From the NCBI GenBank assembly GCA_050250665.1, contig JBFWOF010000017.1, positions 40,076 through 104,075 on the forward strand: 64,000 nucleotides of DNA. The letters are read 5' to 3'. Below, in pieces: positions 19,776 through 28,988 of this stretch (position 1 is its first letter; the number at the start of each line of letters is the position of its first letter). A program made the position numbers and the translations under genes. The DNA is from Lysobacterales bacterium. Lineage in GTDB: Bacteria > Pseudomonadota > Gammaproteobacteria > Xanthomonadales > SZUA-5. Below the pieces are notes generated by a model. It was not told where the DNA came from, ran no database searches, and saw only the letters and a list, made by a program, of their open reading frames with translations.

Positions 19776-19845
19776 GGCCCGGGGCGCGGGACTGTGCGGC
19801 CGGGCAAAGGCTAATCCGCTTGCCCCGGACCTGAGGGATCTGTCG

Positions 19846-19905
19846 GTCCAGACTTGTCTGGACGCTCTTGGCGAAGTGCGGCAGAAGCGTCCAGACAAGT
19901 CTGGG
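19846..19905. repeat. REP family A doublet (GTCCAGACTTGTCTGGACGC ... GCGTCCAGACAAGTCTGGG)
   Basis: Two inverted copies of a perfect 8-bp-stem palindrome. The same motif occurs at 32303-32326, 57704-57767 (degenerate) and 62230-62298. Confidence 0.9.
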
Positions 19906-19987
19906 CCCACCAGAGAAGCCTGCGCGCGACCGAGGGTCGCGCGTGCAACAGAACTCTGCCAGTGCCGGCGCGCCGATGGCGAGCCTG

Positions 19988-21613
19988 CTAGACGAAGCCC
20001 AGATTGGAACTGGAAAAATTCGACAGGTTCGGGAATACCGTATTGACCTGTCCGCTGCTCAGACCCATCCAGCTGGCCAGCGTGGCGCCCATCTGATCCA
20101 TGGCCGTGGTCGGAATCATCTGGCCGCGGCTGAAGCTGTCCGGACCATTCAAGGTCAGATCCGGGAAGGTGCCATACAGACGCCCGGTAGCGGCATTGCC
20201 ACCGTTCACGGCACCGCCCATGACCAGCTGGGTTCCGCCCCACGCGTGATCACTGCCATCGCCGTTGGAATTCAGCGTGCGCGAGAATTCGCTCATGGTG
20301 AAGGTCGTGACCGAGTTCTCGACGCCCATTTCCACCAGGGCCTGATAGAAGGATCCCAGAGCGCGGGAAATGCGGCGCAGCAGGCGCGGCTGGCCGTTGT
20401 CCGGCATCTGCGTGGCATGGGTATCGAATCCACCCAAAGACACGAAGAAGATGTTGCGTGTCTGCCCCAGCTGGCTGCGCATCTTGATCAGGCGGGCCAC
20501 CATCGCCAGCTGTTCGGCCAGCGAGTTATTGCCGTCCGCCGCCAGGTTGTAGCCGGCCACGGCCTGATTGTCGGCCAGCGCCCGGAAGGGCGTGGTCAGC
20601 AGCGAGGGATTGGGCGTGCCGGTGAGGTTGCTGGACATGGCGCCTGCCAGATCCATGGCCCGCCTCATGGTCGCCGCGTGTTCGGTCTGGAAGAGGGTGC
20701 CGCTGGCGCCGAGCAGACTACACAGGGCCAGATCCTCCTGCTGTGTCGCCGTTGCGCAGGTGGCGAAATTGTTCAGCGAGTCCGAACCCGAACAGTTCGC
20801 AAAATTGCTGCCGACAATGCTGCCGGCGAAGGGATTGCCACCGTTCGGATCGCCACAACTGGACATCTGGTAGGGCACGACCTGAGTGCCGACCTGAAAG
20901 CGGTTGCTGCCGGAAAAAGACACGTTCATCGGCATGATCAGCGGCGGATTACTGCCCACGATCGGGGTGTTCTGCGAGAACAGCAGATCGGCCACCTGGC
21001 CACCCCAGCCAAAGCCGAAATTGGCACTCTCGCGGCCCTGGAACCACAGATTGGTCTGATCATTGTGCGAATACAGCTGTGGCGGCTTCGGCAAGGCCGG
21101 GTTGCTGTAGGTGGCCTTGGTCAGCGGCACGACCAGGGTGCCGGTATTGGCCAGCCACGCGATCTTGCCCTGATTGGTCAAGGACTGCAGCCCGGGCATG
21201 CTGGTCTGGTTGCCGTTGTCGTCGATCGAGGTCCAGTCAGCACAGGCCGGGTGCAGACCGTAGGTATTTCCGGCCGGCAAGGCCGCACCGCCCGGCCCGG
21301 TGAGATTGACCGGCAGCAGCGCATTCTGGGCAATACCGAGCGGGCCATTGGCACCGGTGTAGACGCCACCGCGCGAGGCCGAATAGATACCGTAACGGGT
21401 GCTGTCGGACGGAATCAGCCAGTTGAAGGAATCACTGCCACCACTGAGAAACACACACACCAGCGCCTTGTAGCCGGGATCGCCCTGGGTTGCCGCCAGC
21501 GCCGATTGCATCAGGCGCAGTTGCGGAATCAGCGACAGGGCCGAGCCACCGGCAAGCGTGGCGCAGAAGTGCTTGAGGAAATCGCGGCGCTGTTCACGAC
21601 GGATGCGGGACAT
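19988..21613 (-). CDS. DUF1501 family protein (sulfatase/phosphatase-like fold) with Tat signal
   Basis: Twin-arginine leader MSRIRREQRRDFLKHFCATLAGG. Internal GGFDTHA motif and pairing with a DUF1800 gene are characteristic. Start trimmed to the Met before the RR motif. Confidence 0.75.
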   Translation of the reverse strand: MSRIRREQRRDFLKHFCATLAGGSALSLIPQLRLMQSALAATQGDPGYKALVCVFLSGGSDSFNWLIPSDSTRYGIYSASRGGVYTGANGPLGIAQNALLPVNLTGPGGAALPAGNTYGLHPACADWTSIDDNGNQTSMPGLQSLTNQGKIAWLANTGTLVVPLTKATYSNPALPKPPQLYSHNDQTNLWFQGRESANFGFGWGGQVADLLFSQNTPIVGSNPPLIMPMNVSFSGSNRFQVGTQVVPYQMSSCGDPNGGNPFAGSIVGSNFANCSGSDSLNNFATCATATQQEDLALCSLLGASGTLFQTEHAATMRRAMDLAGAMSSNLTGTPNPSLLTTPFRALADNQAVAGYNLAADGNNSLAEQLAMVARLIKMRSQLGQTRNIFFVSLGGFDTHATQMPDNGQPRLLRRISRALGSFYQALVEMGVENSVTTFTMSEFSRTLNSNGDGSDHAWGGTQLVMGGAVNGGNAATGRLYGTFPDLTLNGPDSFSRGQMIPTTAMDQMGATLASWMGLSSGQVNTVFPNLSNFSSSNLGFV

Positions 21614-21623
21614 GGCGATCTCC

Positions 21624-23423
21624 TTACTTCTGAACGGCAAATTCGGGGGAAACCACGATCACGCGCATGACCTGTCGAATCCTGTCGATACGGGTGCTGT
21701 CCGTGGTGGGCGCAGTCTGATTGCTCAACATGTTGATCAGAACGGTGCGCATGCTGCTGCTCATGGCGCCAGCCATCATCCGCAGGTTCAGGGCATCCAC
21801 CAGCTGACCGTAGGTGGTCGCATTGCCCGGCTGCTGCATGATCGCCAGATAGGGTGCGATGGGCACGCAGGGACGGGTCAGGGTGTTGCAGCTGCTGCTG
21901 CCCACATACCAGTCAACAATCCGGTTCTGGATGGTGTCGTTCATCCGGGTGACGGTGGACTCGTTCAGGATCTGGAACTCCGGCGAATACAGGTTGGCAT
22001 TCTGGATGGCCCCCGGATTCCTGAAATCGGGCTCGTAGAAGTTGAAGACCGTCGGCGAGTTGTAGGGACGCTGGCCCAGGCTGCTGTCGAAGCCCATCGA
22101 CATGCTGATGTTGCCGACATTGGTGTTGGTGCTGCCATTGCTGTTGAGCGGCGGCTCGGGCTGGCCCTGAATCACATCCAGGCCGCGCCAGAGGGCGGTC
22201 AGGCGCAGCACCGGCTCGCGCAGCTTGCCGAAATTGCCGGTCGGTGCCGACCGCGCTTCGGTATCCATCAGGATGGCCGTGATCACCGCTGCCAGATCGC
22301 CGCGCACGCCCTGTCCATTGTTGTTGAACCTGCTCGCCACGCGCTGGATGTAGGCCGGCGAGGGATTCGAGGTCACGAAGCGCTGGATCAGCTGGCGGCT
22401 GATGAAGGGCGCCACCGAGGCATGATTGGCGATGGCATCGAGCGCGGCGTTGATGTCCTGGGCGCAGCCTGCCTGGGAGTCGGCCACTGCCGGCAGGGTG
22501 ATGCCGTCGAACAGCGTCTTGCCGGCGAAATCGTGGAAGGTGCGCCCACCGGCCAGATAGTTCTGGTTGTTCGGCGGGTTGTTCATCGGAAAACAGATCA
22601 TCGGCGCCAGCAGGTCCCGATTGGTGTTGTTGCCGAAGCTGGTGCTGGTGTAGTTGGTGCGCTCGTAGGACAGACCGGTGAAGACCCGTGCCAGCGAACC
22701 GATGATGGTGTTGTCGTAGGTCGGAATCGGATTGCCGCCGGAGAGCTGCGGGCTGAAATCGAGGTTGCGCTTGATCAGGCCGAAGGAGAACAGCTGCATG
22801 ACTTCGCGCGCATAGTTCTCGTCCGGCAGAATCGTCGTCGGCGGGGTACCGGTGGTGTACGCGGCGCGATTGCGCACATAGGTCAGCCATTGGCCCATGG
22901 TCGGGCTGAAGGTCACTTCACCCAGCAGCGTGCGGTAGTTGCCGAAGGCGTTGCGGGTCAACAGATCGGCGTATTCGGCGATCATGCGGGTATCGATACC
23001 GCCGGAATCGGCCGTCACCAGAATCTGGCTGAGCGCCCAGGCCATGCGCTGACGCAACTGGTCTTCACCGAACACCGCCTGCACCCACCAGCGGTCCACC
23101 CGGTGCCCGGAATTCAGCGAGAAATCGGGATTGGCGACCAGACCATCGAGCCAGGGTCCGGTCAATGCCGACGGCATCGACAACTGCTGTTCCAGCCACT
23201 GGCCGTAACCGATGCCACGCAGGCGCGCAATTTCGGCGACTGTCGGTCCGAAGGTGGCCTGGGTCAGGAAGCGAGCGGCTTCGGCATCGGTAGCCGGGGC
23301 GTCGGTGACATTTTCAAAATTGCCCCGGTAGATCAGACCCGTATTCTGGCCGTACACAGGCTGGGCACAGAACGCCGCCACGGCGGTCAGCGCGACGCCA
23401 CACCAACTTCGAATCATCCACAT
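21624..23423 (-). CDS. DUF1800 family protein with signal peptide
   Basis: Signal peptide followed by AEAARFLTQATFGPT, which I recognise as the DUF1800 N-terminal signature. Immediately upstream of DUF1501, the usual pairing. Confidence 0.7.
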   Translation of the reverse strand: MWMIRSWCGVALTAVAAFCAQPVYGQNTGLIYRGNFENVTDAPATDAEAARFLTQATFGPTVAEIARLRGIGYGQWLEQQLSMPSALTGPWLDGLVANPDFSLNSGHRVDRWWVQAVFGEDQLRQRMAWALSQILVTADSGGIDTRMIAEYADLLTRNAFGNYRTLLGEVTFSPTMGQWLTYVRNRAAYTTGTPPTTILPDENYAREVMQLFSFGLIKRNLDFSPQLSGGNPIPTYDNTIIGSLARVFTGLSYERTNYTSTSFGNNTNRDLLAPMICFPMNNPPNNQNYLAGGRTFHDFAGKTLFDGITLPAVADSQAGCAQDINAALDAIANHASVAPFISRQLIQRFVTSNPSPAYIQRVASRFNNNGQGVRGDLAAVITAILMDTEARSAPTGNFGKLREPVLRLTALWRGLDVIQGQPEPPLNSNGSTNTNVGNISMSMGFDSSLGQRPYNSPTVFNFYEPDFRNPGAIQNANLYSPEFQILNESTVTRMNDTIQNRIVDWYVGSSSCNTLTRPCVPIAPYLAIMQQPGNATTYGQLVDALNLRMMAGAMSSSMRTVLINMLSNQTAPTTDSTRIDRIRQVMRVIVVSPEFAVQK

Positions 23424-23692
23424 ATAGCCCCCGGCATTCGGCCCGTCTTCGGATTATGAACGGGCGCCTGCATTCTCGACTGTGATGACCGACACGGCAT
23501 TCCGTTGCGCCCCCCAGCCATGCCGTTGGTCGGATGCTTCTGCGAAAACGCAGGCCAGAGCCATCGGTTGACCCGATTTTCTTCTGAATCTGGCTGGACC
23601 GACGCTGCCGGAGCCGCGAAACTGAACCCGGCGCCGCCAGGATCGACGCCACAGACTGCACCGCTCCATATCGGGACCGCTACAATCAGCCC

Positions 23693-24256
23693 ATGACTAG
23701 CTCATCCTATCTGGCCAACCATCTGCTGATCGCCATGCCCGGGCTGGACGATCCCAATTTCTCCAGGGGCGTCACCTTCCTGTGCCAGCACAATGCCGAC
23801 GGCGCGCTCGGCATCGTCGTCAATCGCCTCAGCAACTACCGGCTCGGCGAAGTGCTGGAGCAGATGGAGATCGCCACCGAAGACGCCAGGCTGGCGCAAA
23901 TGCCGGTGTACGCCGGCGGGCCAGTGCAGATGGATCGTGGCTTTGTCGTGCACGAGCCCGGCGAAAGCTACGATTCGACCTTCAAGGTCTCGGACGAACT
24001 CTGCGTGACCACCTCGCGCGACGTGCTCGCGGCCATGGCCGCGGGCCGCGGGCCCAGGCGCGCCCTGGTGGCGCTGGGCTATGCCGGCTGGGGCGCCGGC
24101 CAGCTGGAGAACGAGATCAAGGAGAACTCCTGGCTGAGCGTGCCGTCGAGCGCCTCGATCCTGTTCGAGACGCCGCTGGAAGCGCGCTGGCTGGCGGCCG
24201 CCCAACTGGCCGGTGTGGACATGCGCCTGCTGACGGACTACGTCGGGCATGCATGA
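23693..24256 (+). CDS. algH: YqgE/AlgH family protein
   Basis: 187 aa. LANHLLIAMPGLDDPNFSRGVTFLCQHNADGALGIVVNR is the family signature. Confidence 0.9.
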   Translation: MTSSSYLANHLLIAMPGLDDPNFSRGVTFLCQHNADGALGIVVNRLSNYRLGEVLEQMEIATEDARLAQMPVYAGGPVQMDRGFVVHEPGESYDSTFKVSDELCVTTSRDVLAAMAAGRGPRRALVALGYAGWGAGQLENEIKENSWLSVPSSASILFETPLEARWLAAAQLAGVDMRLLTDYVGHA

Positions 24257-24707
24257 AGATCCACCCAAGCCGGCGGTGACCAGCGGCGTGTGGCTGGCGC
24301 TGGATGTCGGCACCCGTGATCTGGGCGTTGCCGTGGGCAATGAACTGACCGGACGCGCCCGACCGCTGAAAACGCTGGCGATGCAGCCCGAAGCGCTGAT
24401 GTGGACGACGCTGGATGCCATGGTTTCCGAATGGGCGCCAGGCGGGATCGTGGTCGGGCTGCCTCTCACCCGCGAAGGCGGCGAGCAGCCGATGAGCAAG
24501 CGCGCGCGCCGTTTTGCGGCGGCCGTCGAGCAACGCTACCAGCGTCCGGTGGTACAACACGACGAGCGCGGATCCACCCAGGTGGCCAAGCGCCGTTTTG
24601 CCGGAGAACGCGCCGCCGGAAATGCCCGGCGCAAACACGCGGTCGACATCGACGCCCATGCTGCAGCTGTGATCCTGGAGGACTACCTTGCACTTGCCGG
24701 CCATTGA
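24249..24707 (+). CDS. ruvX: Putative pre-16S rRNA nuclease / Holliday junction resolvase-like YqgF
   Basis: WLALDVGTRDLGVAVGN motif, ~150 aa, position after algH. The start codon is uncertain. Confidence 0.8.
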   Translation: MHEDPPKPAVTSGVWLALDVGTRDLGVAVGNELTGRARPLKTLAMQPEALMWTTLDAMVSEWAPGGIVVGLPLTREGGEQPMSKRARRFAAAVEQRYQRPVVQHDERGSTQVAKRRFAGERAAGNARRKHAVDIDAHAAAVILEDYLALAGH

Positions 24708-25203
24708 TCCCCTGCTCGCCGCGCTGCTCGCCAGCACCCGTGCCCGCCTTGCCGAGCACAACATCGCTGATCCGCGCATCGTCGGCATTCATTCCGGCGG
24801 TGTCTGGCTGGCCCAGTACCTGAGTGAGGCACTGGGCTTGAGCGAGGCCATCGGCGAGCTCGACATCAGCTTCTACCGCGACGACTTCACCCGCGTAGGC
24901 ATGCACCCCACGGTGCGTCCCTCGCGCATCCCCTGGGATGTCGAAGGCCGCCATCTGCTGCTGGTGGACGACGTGCTCTATACCGGCCGCACCATCCGCG
25001 CCGCGCTGAACGAGATCTTCGACTATGGCCGCCCGGCCAGTGTGACGCTGGCAGTGCTGGTCAGCCGCAATGGCCGGGAACTGCCCATTGAAGCCGGCGC
25101 CGTCGGCGCCAGACTGGTGCTGCCACCCGACCAGCAGATCAAGCTGCGCGGTCCGGCGCCGCTGTATCTGGAACTGGTGGAACAGCCGAGCCGCCATTCG
25201 TGA
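24688..25203 (+). CDS. pyrR: Bifunctional pyr operon regulator / uracil phosphoribosyltransferase PyrR
   Basis: PRPP-binding motif [21 protein letters not shown] start with GGAGG 6 nt upstream. Confidence 0.9.
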   Translation: MHLPAIDPLLAALLASTRARLAEHNIADPRIVGIHSGGVWLAQYLSEALGLSEAIGELDISFYRDDFTRVGMHPTVRPSRIPWDVEGRHLLLVDDVLYTGRTIRAALNEIFDYGRPASVTLAVLVSRNGRELPIEAGAVGARLVLPPDQQIKLRGPAPLYLELVEQPSRHS

Positions 25204-26183
25204 ACCTGCCCATGAGCCTGCAACTGACCGCCGACGGCCGTCTGCGCCACCTGCTGACGGTGGACGGGCTGCCGCGCAAGCTGATCGAAGAACTGCTGGA
25301 TGTGGCCGACTCAATGCGCTCGGTGGCGCTGCGCGGCAACAAGAAGCTGCCGCTGCTGCGCGGTCGGACCATCATCAATCTGTTCTTCGAGCCGTCCACG
25401 CGCACACGCACCACCTTCGAACTGGCGGCGGAACGACTCTCGGCCGATGTGCTCAATCTGGATGTGGCCTCGTCGTCGACCAGCAAGGGCGAGAGCCTGC
25501 TGGACACGCTGGCGACGCTGGAGGCCATGCACTGCGACATGTTCGTCGTGCGTCATCCGGAATCGGGCGCGGCCCACTTCGTCGCCGAACACACGGCGCC
25601 CGGTGTTGCCGTGCTCAACGCCGGCGACGGCCGCCATGCCCATCCGACCCAGGCGCTGCTCGACGCCTACACCATTCGCCGCCACAAGCCTCGCTTCGAA
25701 GATTTGACCATCGCCGTCGTCGGTGATGTGCTGCATTCGCGGGTGGCGCGCTCGGAACTGCGCGCCTTCGGCATTCTGGGCGCCGGCGAGTTGCGCGTCA
25801 TCGGACCCCGCACCTTGCTGCCCCCGGCCATCGAGGAACTTGGCGTGCGCGTCTACACCGACATGGATGCCGGCATCGCCGATGTCGATGTCATCGTCAT
25901 GTTGCGGCTGCAGCGCGAGCGCATGCGCGGAGCTTTCCTGCCCTCCGAGAACGAATATTTCCGCCGCTATGGCCTTACCCGTGAACGCCTCGCCCTGGCC
26001 AAACCCGATTGCCTGGTCATGCACCCGGGGCCGATGAATCGCGGCGTCGAGATCGCCAGTGACGTGGCCGACGGCCCGCAATCGGTGATCCTGGAACAGG
26101 TGTCCAACGGTCTGGCCGTGCGCATGGCGGTGATGTCGCACATTCTCGGCGCCCAGGTGCCACAGATGGATCTCGGCGCATGA
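25200..26183 (+). CDS. pyrB: Aspartate carbamoyltransferase catalytic subunit
   Basis: [19 protein letters not shown] and HPTQALLD motifs. 327 aa. Confidence 0.95.
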   Translation: MNLPMSLQLTADGRLRHLLTVDGLPRKLIEELLDVADSMRSVALRGNKKLPLLRGRTIINLFFEPSTRTRTTFELAAERLSADVLNLDVASSSTSKGESLLDTLATLEAMHCDMFVVRHPESGAAHFVAEHTAPGVAVLNAGDGRHAHPTQALLDAYTIRRHKPRFEDLTIAVVGDVLHSRVARSELRAFGILGAGELRVIGPRTLLPPAIEELGVRVYTDMDAGIADVDVIVMLRLQRERMRGAFLPSENEYFRRYGLTRERLALAKPDCLVMHPGPMNRGVEIASDVADGPQSVILEQVSNGLAVRMAVMSHILGAQVPQMDLGA

Positions 26184-27460
26184 ACCGCATATTGATCGAA
26201 GGAGCGCTGGTGCGCTTTCCGCATCTGGGCATCGACCGCATTGCCAATGTGCTGTTCGCACCCGGCCAGGTGCTGGCGCTGGATCCCGATGCCGCCCGCT
26301 GCAGGGGCGCCGAGCGTATCGACGGTCGCGGCCGCTGGTTGATACCGGGGCTGGTGGATCTGGCCACGCGCCTGCGCGAGCCCGGCGCCACGCACAAGGC
26401 CGACATCCGCTCGGAGGCGACGGCGGCGCTGGTCAATGGCATCACCCATGTGGTGCTGCCGCCGGACACCCGGCCAGTGGTCGACTCCACCGCCGTTGTG
26501 GAACTGATCCTGCGCCGGGCACGCGACAGCCGCGGCGCCACGGTGCACGTGATCGGCGCGCTCACCCACGGCCTGGGCGAAGACAGCCTGGCTGAACTCG
26601 GCGCGCTGCGCGCGGCCGGTTGCATCGCAGTCGGCAATATCGGCCAGCCGCTGAGCAACAGCCATCTGCTGCGACGCGCCCTCCAGTATGCGGCTTCGCT
26701 GGACATGGCCGTGCACCTGCAACCGGTTGACCCGCATATCGGCGCCGGCGGTGTCGCCCATGAAGGTCGGGTCGCGGCGCTGCAAGGCTTGCCCGGCATC
26801 CCCGAAACCAGCGAAACCCTGGCGCTCTCGCGCGATCTGATGCTGGTCGAGGAAAGCGGCGTGCGCGCCCATTTCGGCCGGCTCTCCTGCGCGCGCAGCG
26901 TCAGTCTGCTGTCGGCGGCGCGGGCGCGCGGGCTCAAGGTCAGTGCCGATGTGGCCATGCAGCAGATCTACCTGAACGAGCATGATGTGCTGCCCTTCCG
27001 CAGTGACGCCCATCTGCTGCCGCCGCTGCGCACCGGCAATGACCGCGATGCGCTGCGCGAAGCGTTGATCAGCGGCGAGATCGACGCCGTCTGCAGCGAT
27101 CACCAGCCGCATGATCCCGACGCCAAACTCAAGCCCTTTCCGGCCACCGAGCCCGGCGCCTCCGGACTCGACAGCTTCCTCGGCCTCGGCCTCAAGCTGG
27201 TCCACGAGCAGCTGATGTCCTACGCCGACTGGATCGACCGCAGTGCGCTGGCACCGCGGGTCATCCTGGGTCTGCCGGCGCCCAGACTGGAGCCGGATGC
27301 AGCGCCCGATTTTGTCCTGCTGGACCCGCATGCAGAACACACCCTGGATGCCGCCGCGATGGCCAGTCGCGGCAAGAACACGCCCTTCCGCGGCTGGCGT
27401 CTGCCCGGCCGAGTGGATATGGCGGCCATCGCCGACCGTGTATGGATACGCACACCTTGA
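26180..27460 (+). CDS. Dihydroorotase-like, probably non-catalytic ATCase partner (PyrC-prime type)
   Basis: Amidohydrolase-fold protein following pyrB with an ATGA overlap. The usual D-x-H-x-H metal motif reads [10 protein letters not shown], so both His are absent. Confidence 0.8.
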   Translation: MNRILIEGALVRFPHLGIDRIANVLFAPGQVLALDPDAARCRGAERIDGRGRWLIPGLVDLATRLREPGATHKADIRSEATAALVNGITHVVLPPDTRPVVDSTAVVELILRRARDSRGATVHVIGALTHGLGEDSLAELGALRAAGCIAVGNIGQPLSNSHLLRRALQYAASLDMAVHLQPVDPHIGAGGVAHEGRVAALQGLPGIPETSETLALSRDLMLVEESGVRAHFGRLSCARSVSLLSAARARGLKVSADVAMQQIYLNEHDVLPFRSDAHLLPPLRTGNDRDALREALISGEIDAVCSDHQPHDPDAKLKPFPATEPGASGLDSFLGLGLKLVHEQLMSYADWIDRSALAPRVILGLPAPRLEPDAAPDFVLLDPHAEHTLDAAAMASRGKNTPFRGWRLPGRVDMAAIADRVWIRTP

Positions 27461-27990
27461 ACCGCACGAACACGCTTCCGTCCGCTCTGCTGTACACCTG
27501 CCTGACGCTGCTCCTGTTGAGCGGCTGCGCCAGCGTGCCGCCGCCGGAACCACCGGCCGAGCCGCCGCCGCCCGCGCGCGACCGCGTCGCCGAATTGCGT
27601 ACCGTCGCCAGTGCCACCCTTTCGGCGGTGGAAGTGGCGCCGCTGCAGAACCCTGCCGTGGAACTGCTGATCGAGGCCGCCGCCAGCGCCGAAGCCGCTG
27701 GCGAGCACGGCAAGGCACTGGCCCAGATCGAGGAAGCACTGACCATCGAGCCCGAAAATCCTCGCCTGTGGCAGCTCAAGGCCGAAGCCCTGCTGCGCCA
27801 GGGAGAATTCCTCGATGCCGAAAAGCTGGCCATGAAGAGCTACGATCTGGGCTCGCAGATTGGCGAGTGGTGCATGCGCAACTGGCTGCTGATTGCAGAA
27901 ACCCGCGACGCGCTGGGTGATACCTCGACGTCGGAAGCCGCCCGCCGGCGCGCCGAAGGCTGTCCGACCAAGCCGCTGCCCAGGTACTGA
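27442..27990 (+). CDS. Lipoprotein with TPR-like repeat
   Basis: Lipobox LLLLSGC after a hydrophobic leader. TPR-like segment ALAQIEEALTIEPENPRLWQLKAEALLRQGEFLDAEKLA. Confidence 0.6.
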   Translation: MDTHTLNRTNTLPSALLYTCLTLLLLSGCASVPPPEPPAEPPPPARDRVAELRTVASATLSAVEVAPLQNPAVELLIEAAASAEAAGEHGKALAQIEEALTIEPENPRLWQLKAEALLRQGEFLDAEKLAMKSYDLGSQIGEWCMRNWLLIAETRDALGDTSTSEAARRRAEGCPTKPLPRY

Positions 27991-28303
27991 GCGCTCTCGG
28001 CAAACAAACCGCAAGCGATTGATTCTGCGACTTCGAAAGAATGGGGCGGGGGGCAAGGGGCAGGGGACCCGCCTCCCGCACGATCTGAGCTTGCAGGCGG
28101 GCGTGAAATGCGGCGATGTCGGGTATCCCCTCGCGAACAAACGCCGCGTAGCAGACCGGCTTCCTTCCCGTCACAGCCGGATCCGACGGGCAGTTCCGCA
28201 ATTCCTTCAGATGGAGCACGCTCGGAGGGTCCGATTCCGATCGACATGCAGATCACTCAATGCTCGACGAAACTTCTATCCTCTGCGAACAGGAGGAATG
28301 GCC

Positions 28304-28867
28304 ATGCCCATCGACACTCAGGATTTCTCCAGACTGCTCGCGGCCTTCAAGCGGGGCGATGCCGAGGCCTCGGCCCAGCTGATCGCCATGGTCTATGACG
28401 ATCTGCGGCGGCTGGCGCGAGGGCAACTAGGCCAGGGACAGCAGGGGCGCACGCTGAACGCCACCTCCCTGGTGCACGAGTGCTACCTGCGCATCATGGA
28501 TCCGGCGTCGAACACGGTTGAATCCAAGCACCACTTCTTCAATCTGGCGGCCAAGGTCATGCGTCAGGTGCTGTGCGACTACGCCCGCGAGCGAATGGCC
28601 GAAAAGCGCGGCGGCGGTCAGGCCCATGACACGCTCTCTTCCGTCGATTCCGAACGGCAGGCCGAAGCGGTTGCATTGATCGAGCTGGACGACCTGCTGA
28701 AACGGCTGGAAGCGCGCCACCCGCGTTGCGCACGGGTCTTCGAATGCCGCTATTTCGCCGGGCTCAGCGAACAGGAAACCGCGGACGCGCTGGACATCAG
28801 TCTGCGCACCGCACAGCGCGAATGGAATGAGGCGCGCCAGTGGCTGTCGGCGCAGATGGCTGAGTAG
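28304..28867 (+). CDS. ECF-type RNA polymerase sigma factor (Sigma70_ECF / TIGR02999-like)
   Basis: LVHECYLRIMD motif and C-terminal region 4 (RYFAGLSEQETADALDISLRTAQREW). Start set at the ATG 7 nt after AGGAGG (28291-28296). The 324-aa ORF extension is not supported. Confidence 0.8.
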   Translation: MPIDTQDFSRLLAAFKRGDAEASAQLIAMVYDDLRRLARGQLGQGQQGRTLNATSLVHECYLRIMDPASNTVESKHHFFNLAAKVMRQVLCDYARERMAEKRGGGQAHDTLSSVDSERQAEAVALIELDDLLKRLEARHPRCARVFECRYFAGLSEQETADALDISLRTAQREWNEARQWLSAQMAE

Positions 28868-28988
28868 CCACGGACTGTGCTTCCATCCAGCCATCGTCGG
28901 GCGATGGGTCTCGAATCCCTCGGGTGACGCCGCCCGAGGCCGGGTCGAAAGACGCAGAAATGATTCAAGGTATCTACGGAACGACAGG

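Noticed and set aside
19868-23459. Very long plus-strand ORFs (600 aa and 633 aa) opposite the DUF1501/DUF1800 genes
   Set aside because: Their composition is Arg/Gly/Ala/His-rich with no recognisable domains. They exactly shadow well-supported minus-strand genes. This is typical of stop-codon-poor antisense frames in GC-rich DNA.
27893-28303. N-terminal 137-aa extension of the ECF sigma ORF, and the analogous extensions of alr (32706), gltX (37448) and the TonB-dependent receptor (31271)
   Set aside because: The extensions are Arg/Pro-rich, run through repeat or intergenic sequence or through the neighbouring gene (rubredoxin), and precede good internal starts. For the sigma factor, AGGAGG lies 7 nt before the internal ATG.
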